Origin: an uncultured Candidatus Saccharibacteria bacterium
Lineage (GTDB): Bacteria; Patescibacteriota; Minisyncoccia; Phycocordibacterales; CAIJYI01
Assembly (NCBI GenBank): GCA_964410165.1
Contig: CAYPFT010000002.1
Span: 367 to 64,366, forward strand
Length of the DNA stretch: 64,000 nucleotides
Reading direction: 5' to 3'
The stretch's first letter is position 1. Each line of letters begins with the position of its first letter. A program made the translations under genes and the position numbers. Below the pieces are notes generated by a model, which was not told the origin of the DNA, did not search any database, and saw only the letters and a program-made list of their open reading frames with translations. This document shows, piece by piece, positions 61,926-64,000 of this stretch.

Positions 61926-62942
61926 TTATATGATCTTCCTCTCAGGCTTGAACCAATAAAGATTTTTTTTGCGCAAGATGACTTCTCGCACCATTTGTTC
62001 CAGAAATATGTAAGAGTTTATATACATAAGAATGAGATATGCCGGTGAGATAAACACGATATCCCATCTCCTTTCTTTTAGCCCCGAATAGACCGAGAAA
62101 ACAGTGGTAAGAACGAGACAGGAAATCATAAATTGAAGAAAAAAACGGACATTGATAAACGGGAGGAGAAAAAGCAATGTTGAAAACATCACGCCCTCTC
62201 CATACGAAAGCGAAAGTTCAAGCGCCATGTTGAAACGACGCACGACGAACCTGCGATGTTTCATCAGGTTCTGCCATCCGCCACCGTACCATCGGCGCAT
62301 TTGGTTTACATAAGCATGTAGCGTCATCGGATCTTGGGTGTAGACTATCATTCGTCGATCATAAGCGATCCGCAGTCCGTATTTGTGAAAGCGATAAGTG
62401 AAGTCAAGATCCTCCGTCAGCGTGTCATGATCAAAAGAAATATATTTTTTGAATGATTCCGTACGAAACGCGCCGGCGGCACCCGGTATGACAAGCATAA
62501 ATCCAATGTAGGATTGCCCGAGTTTGTAAAGGTTTTGCCCGATGGCGTATTCAAAAGCGCGGCACGCGGTTATCCAGTTATATCGCATGCTTCGGACATA
62601 TCCGCCGACGGCGTGAATATCGGGATTCTCAAAATTTTCCAATGCGTATTCCACAAAATGCGGTTCAAGAACAGTGTCGCCGTCGGTTGCGGCAAATATG
62701 TCGGTCGTGACGAATTGCAATCCGTATTCCTGCGCATGGCTTTTGTTTCCCGTTGCGGTCGGAATGGCAATGACCGTAATTTTATTCCCGAATGCTTCCA
62801 AAATTTCGGCAGTGCCGTCGGTGCTCCCGTCATCCACCACGATTATTTCATCCGCAAGCCTGGTTTGCCGAAGACACGAATCAATGGTCGCTCGGATGGA
62901 TTTTTCTTCGTTATGGCAAGGGATGAGGATGGAGATGGTCAT
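61926..62942 (-). CDS. Family-2 processive glycosyltransferase (cellulose/chitin-synthase-like) with C-terminal membrane helices
   Basis: GT-A motifs VVDDGSTDGT and DGD (ATDGDTV). Q(R/Q)xRW motif QMRRWYGGGW. Hydrophobic C-terminal segment. Confidence 0.8.
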   Translation of the reverse strand: MTISILIPCHNEEKSIRATIDSCLRQTRLADEIIVVDDGSTDGTAEILEAFGNKITVIAIPTATGNKSHAQEYGLQFVTTDIFAATDGDTVLEPHFVEYALENFENPDIHAVGGYVRSMRYNWITACRAFEYAIGQNLYKLGQSYIGFMLVIPGAAGAFRTESFKKYISFDHDTLTEDLDFTYRFHKYGLRIAYDRRMIVYTQDPMTLHAYVNQMRRWYGGGWQNLMKHRRFVVRRFNMALELSLSYGEGVMFSTLLFLLPFINVRFFLQFMISCLVLTTVFSVYSGLKERRWDIVFISPAYLILMYINSYIFLEQMVREVILRKKNLYWFKPERKII

Positions 62943-63060
62943 GTGGTGGATATTTCATTCTGTGCCCGTGAAAATTCTATGAAAAGCATTTTTGCAATGT
63001 TTCTTCACAAGGAAATCATTTGAGGCGCGTATGATTTTACTTTCACCACGCGCATATTCT

Positions 63061-63645
63061 ATGTCAAAAAATGTAATATTCATTGCCAATTGGTTCAAGA
63101 AATGGCGCGACCTCGCCGAAGTTTTTTTGAACCCGCTTTTTATCATTTCTGCGGGGATAGCAGTGGTGACGCTGTTCTTTTATCACACGATCCGCGACAA
63201 CCATCTTTTTGCGAACACGATGCTTATCATCGGGAGCTTGTTCGCAGGCATTGCCGGCGTATTTTTTAAAGACGAATACGACGAGCATACCGGAAAAGGA
63301 GTTTTGGAAAAGAAGGGGCGTTCCGCGCTGCGCAATCTTGAGACCATCAGCACCCAGCTCTATATCATCAAAACGTGGGCGGAGGTGTTTTCACGCGATG
63401 TTCCCGAAGGCAAAGAAAACAAGCGCGCTTTTGAAGAAATCTCGCGCCATATTTTGGCGATTGAATTGAACATCGCTTCCGGCATAGAAGATTGGGTCGA
63501 TATTATTCCCGAAGTGAAGTCGGGAGGACAGCCGGAGTTCGCCATAGACAAGAAATATAAAGAAGTGGCGGAATCCATCATGGCGGAGCTGACCGAAAAA
63601 AAACAGAATCATGCCAATAGAGCAAATGGGGAAGCAAAACCGTAG
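63061..63645 (+). CDS. Hypothetical membrane-anchored protein
   Basis: Two N-terminal transmembrane helices followed by a helical soluble domain. No motif. Start is uncertain: 62992, 63031 or 63061. Confidence 0.4.
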   Translation: MSKNVIFIANWFKKWRDLAEVFLNPLFIISAGIAVVTLFFYHTIRDNHLFANTMLIIGSLFAGIAGVFFKDEYDEHTGKGVLEKKGRSALRNLETISTQLYIIKTWAEVFSRDVPEGKENKRAFEEISRHILAIELNIASGIEDWVDIIPEVKSGGQPEFAIDKKYKEVAESIMAELTEKKQNHANRANGEAKP

Positions 63646-63793
63646 ATTGACAGATAACATACTGTATGGTAGTATGCAAAAACGCCAAAAAATCGTTATG
63701 AATTTCATCAAAACTTCATAATTGGATTGTTATCTGGAGAAACCTTTATCCCCGTATCCCAAAATTTTTTAGCGAAAATAAAAAATAAAACAT

Positions 63794-64000
63794 ATGAGAA
63801 TATTGATTGTTGAAGACGAAGAAAAATTAGCGCAATCCGTAAAGGTGTATTTGGAAAAAGAAGGATACGCTACGGATATTGTTCTTGACGGAGATACGGC
63901 AGAACGGCGAATCCGCATGTCAAGGAAAGACTATGACCTCGTCATACTTGATTTGATGCTGCCGAAAAAAAGCGGATATGAAGTGTGCAAAGCGGCACGG
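63794..64000 (+). CDS. OmpR-family response regulator, receiver domain; 3' end truncated by window edge
   Basis: MRILIVEDEEKL...DLVILDLMLPKKSGYEVCKAAR, a canonical receiver domain with the phospho-accepting Asp context. Confidence 0.8.
   Translation, partial: MRILIVEDEEKLAQSVKVYLEKEGYATDIVLDGDTAERRIRMSRKDYDLVILDLMLPKKSGYEVCKAAR

Overview
This 64-kb window looks like a small-genome, moderately AT-rich bacterium, possibly CPR/Patescibacteria-like; taxon not established. Gene content runs in order. First a type IV pilus pilM-pilN-pilO operon, 5'-truncated by the window edge. Then a tRNA-Arg(TCT)/tRNA-Val(TAC) locus with tRNA-derived repeats, followed by an AT-rich restriction-modification islet (SPPY-motif DNA methyltransferase plus putative endonuclease). 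Housekeeping and envelope genes follow: an RpoD-like sigma factor, an L,D-transpeptidase, a CxxC redoxin, a VapBC pair and an ABC exporter. Next comes a copper-homeostasis island. It holds a CcdA-like membrane domain fused to a multicopper oxidase, a cupredoxin protein, a CopA P-type ATPase and a CopZ chaperone. Toxin-antitoxin modules are interleaved with it (DUF4258/DUF2283, MNT/HepT with a decayed HepT, an AbiE-like module, DinJ/YafQ). After that come a TerC protein, a second HEPN/MNT pair, phosphoglucomutase and GalU, and a thymidylate-synthesis-like cluster (HD-domain protein, dCTP-deaminase-like, divergent ThyX-like, dNMP kinase, dUTPase). These are followed by argS, a prkA-yeaH-spoVR operon read divergently from two tandem orphan Hsp100-D2-type AAA+ ATPases, an unusually long ileS with an embedded histidine-phosphatase domain, and a cell-surface carbohydrate locus of CBM-rich giant proteins bracketed by two inverted GH26 paralogs. 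The window ends with a processive GT2 glycosyltransferase and the start of an OmpR-type response regulator.

The non-coding points I would look at first are:
- a MITE family with 16-bp terminal inverted repeats and 7-bp target-site duplications in two full copies, one of which truncates a DedA-like gene;
- tandem tRNA-Val 3'-end-derived hairpin units with compensatory stem changes;
- an in-frame 35-bp perfect palindrome inside argS, plus short in-frame tandem repeats in argS and ileS;
- duplicated upstream motifs before several genes, and several long perfect palindromes.

No rRNA genes or CRISPR arrays are present in the window.
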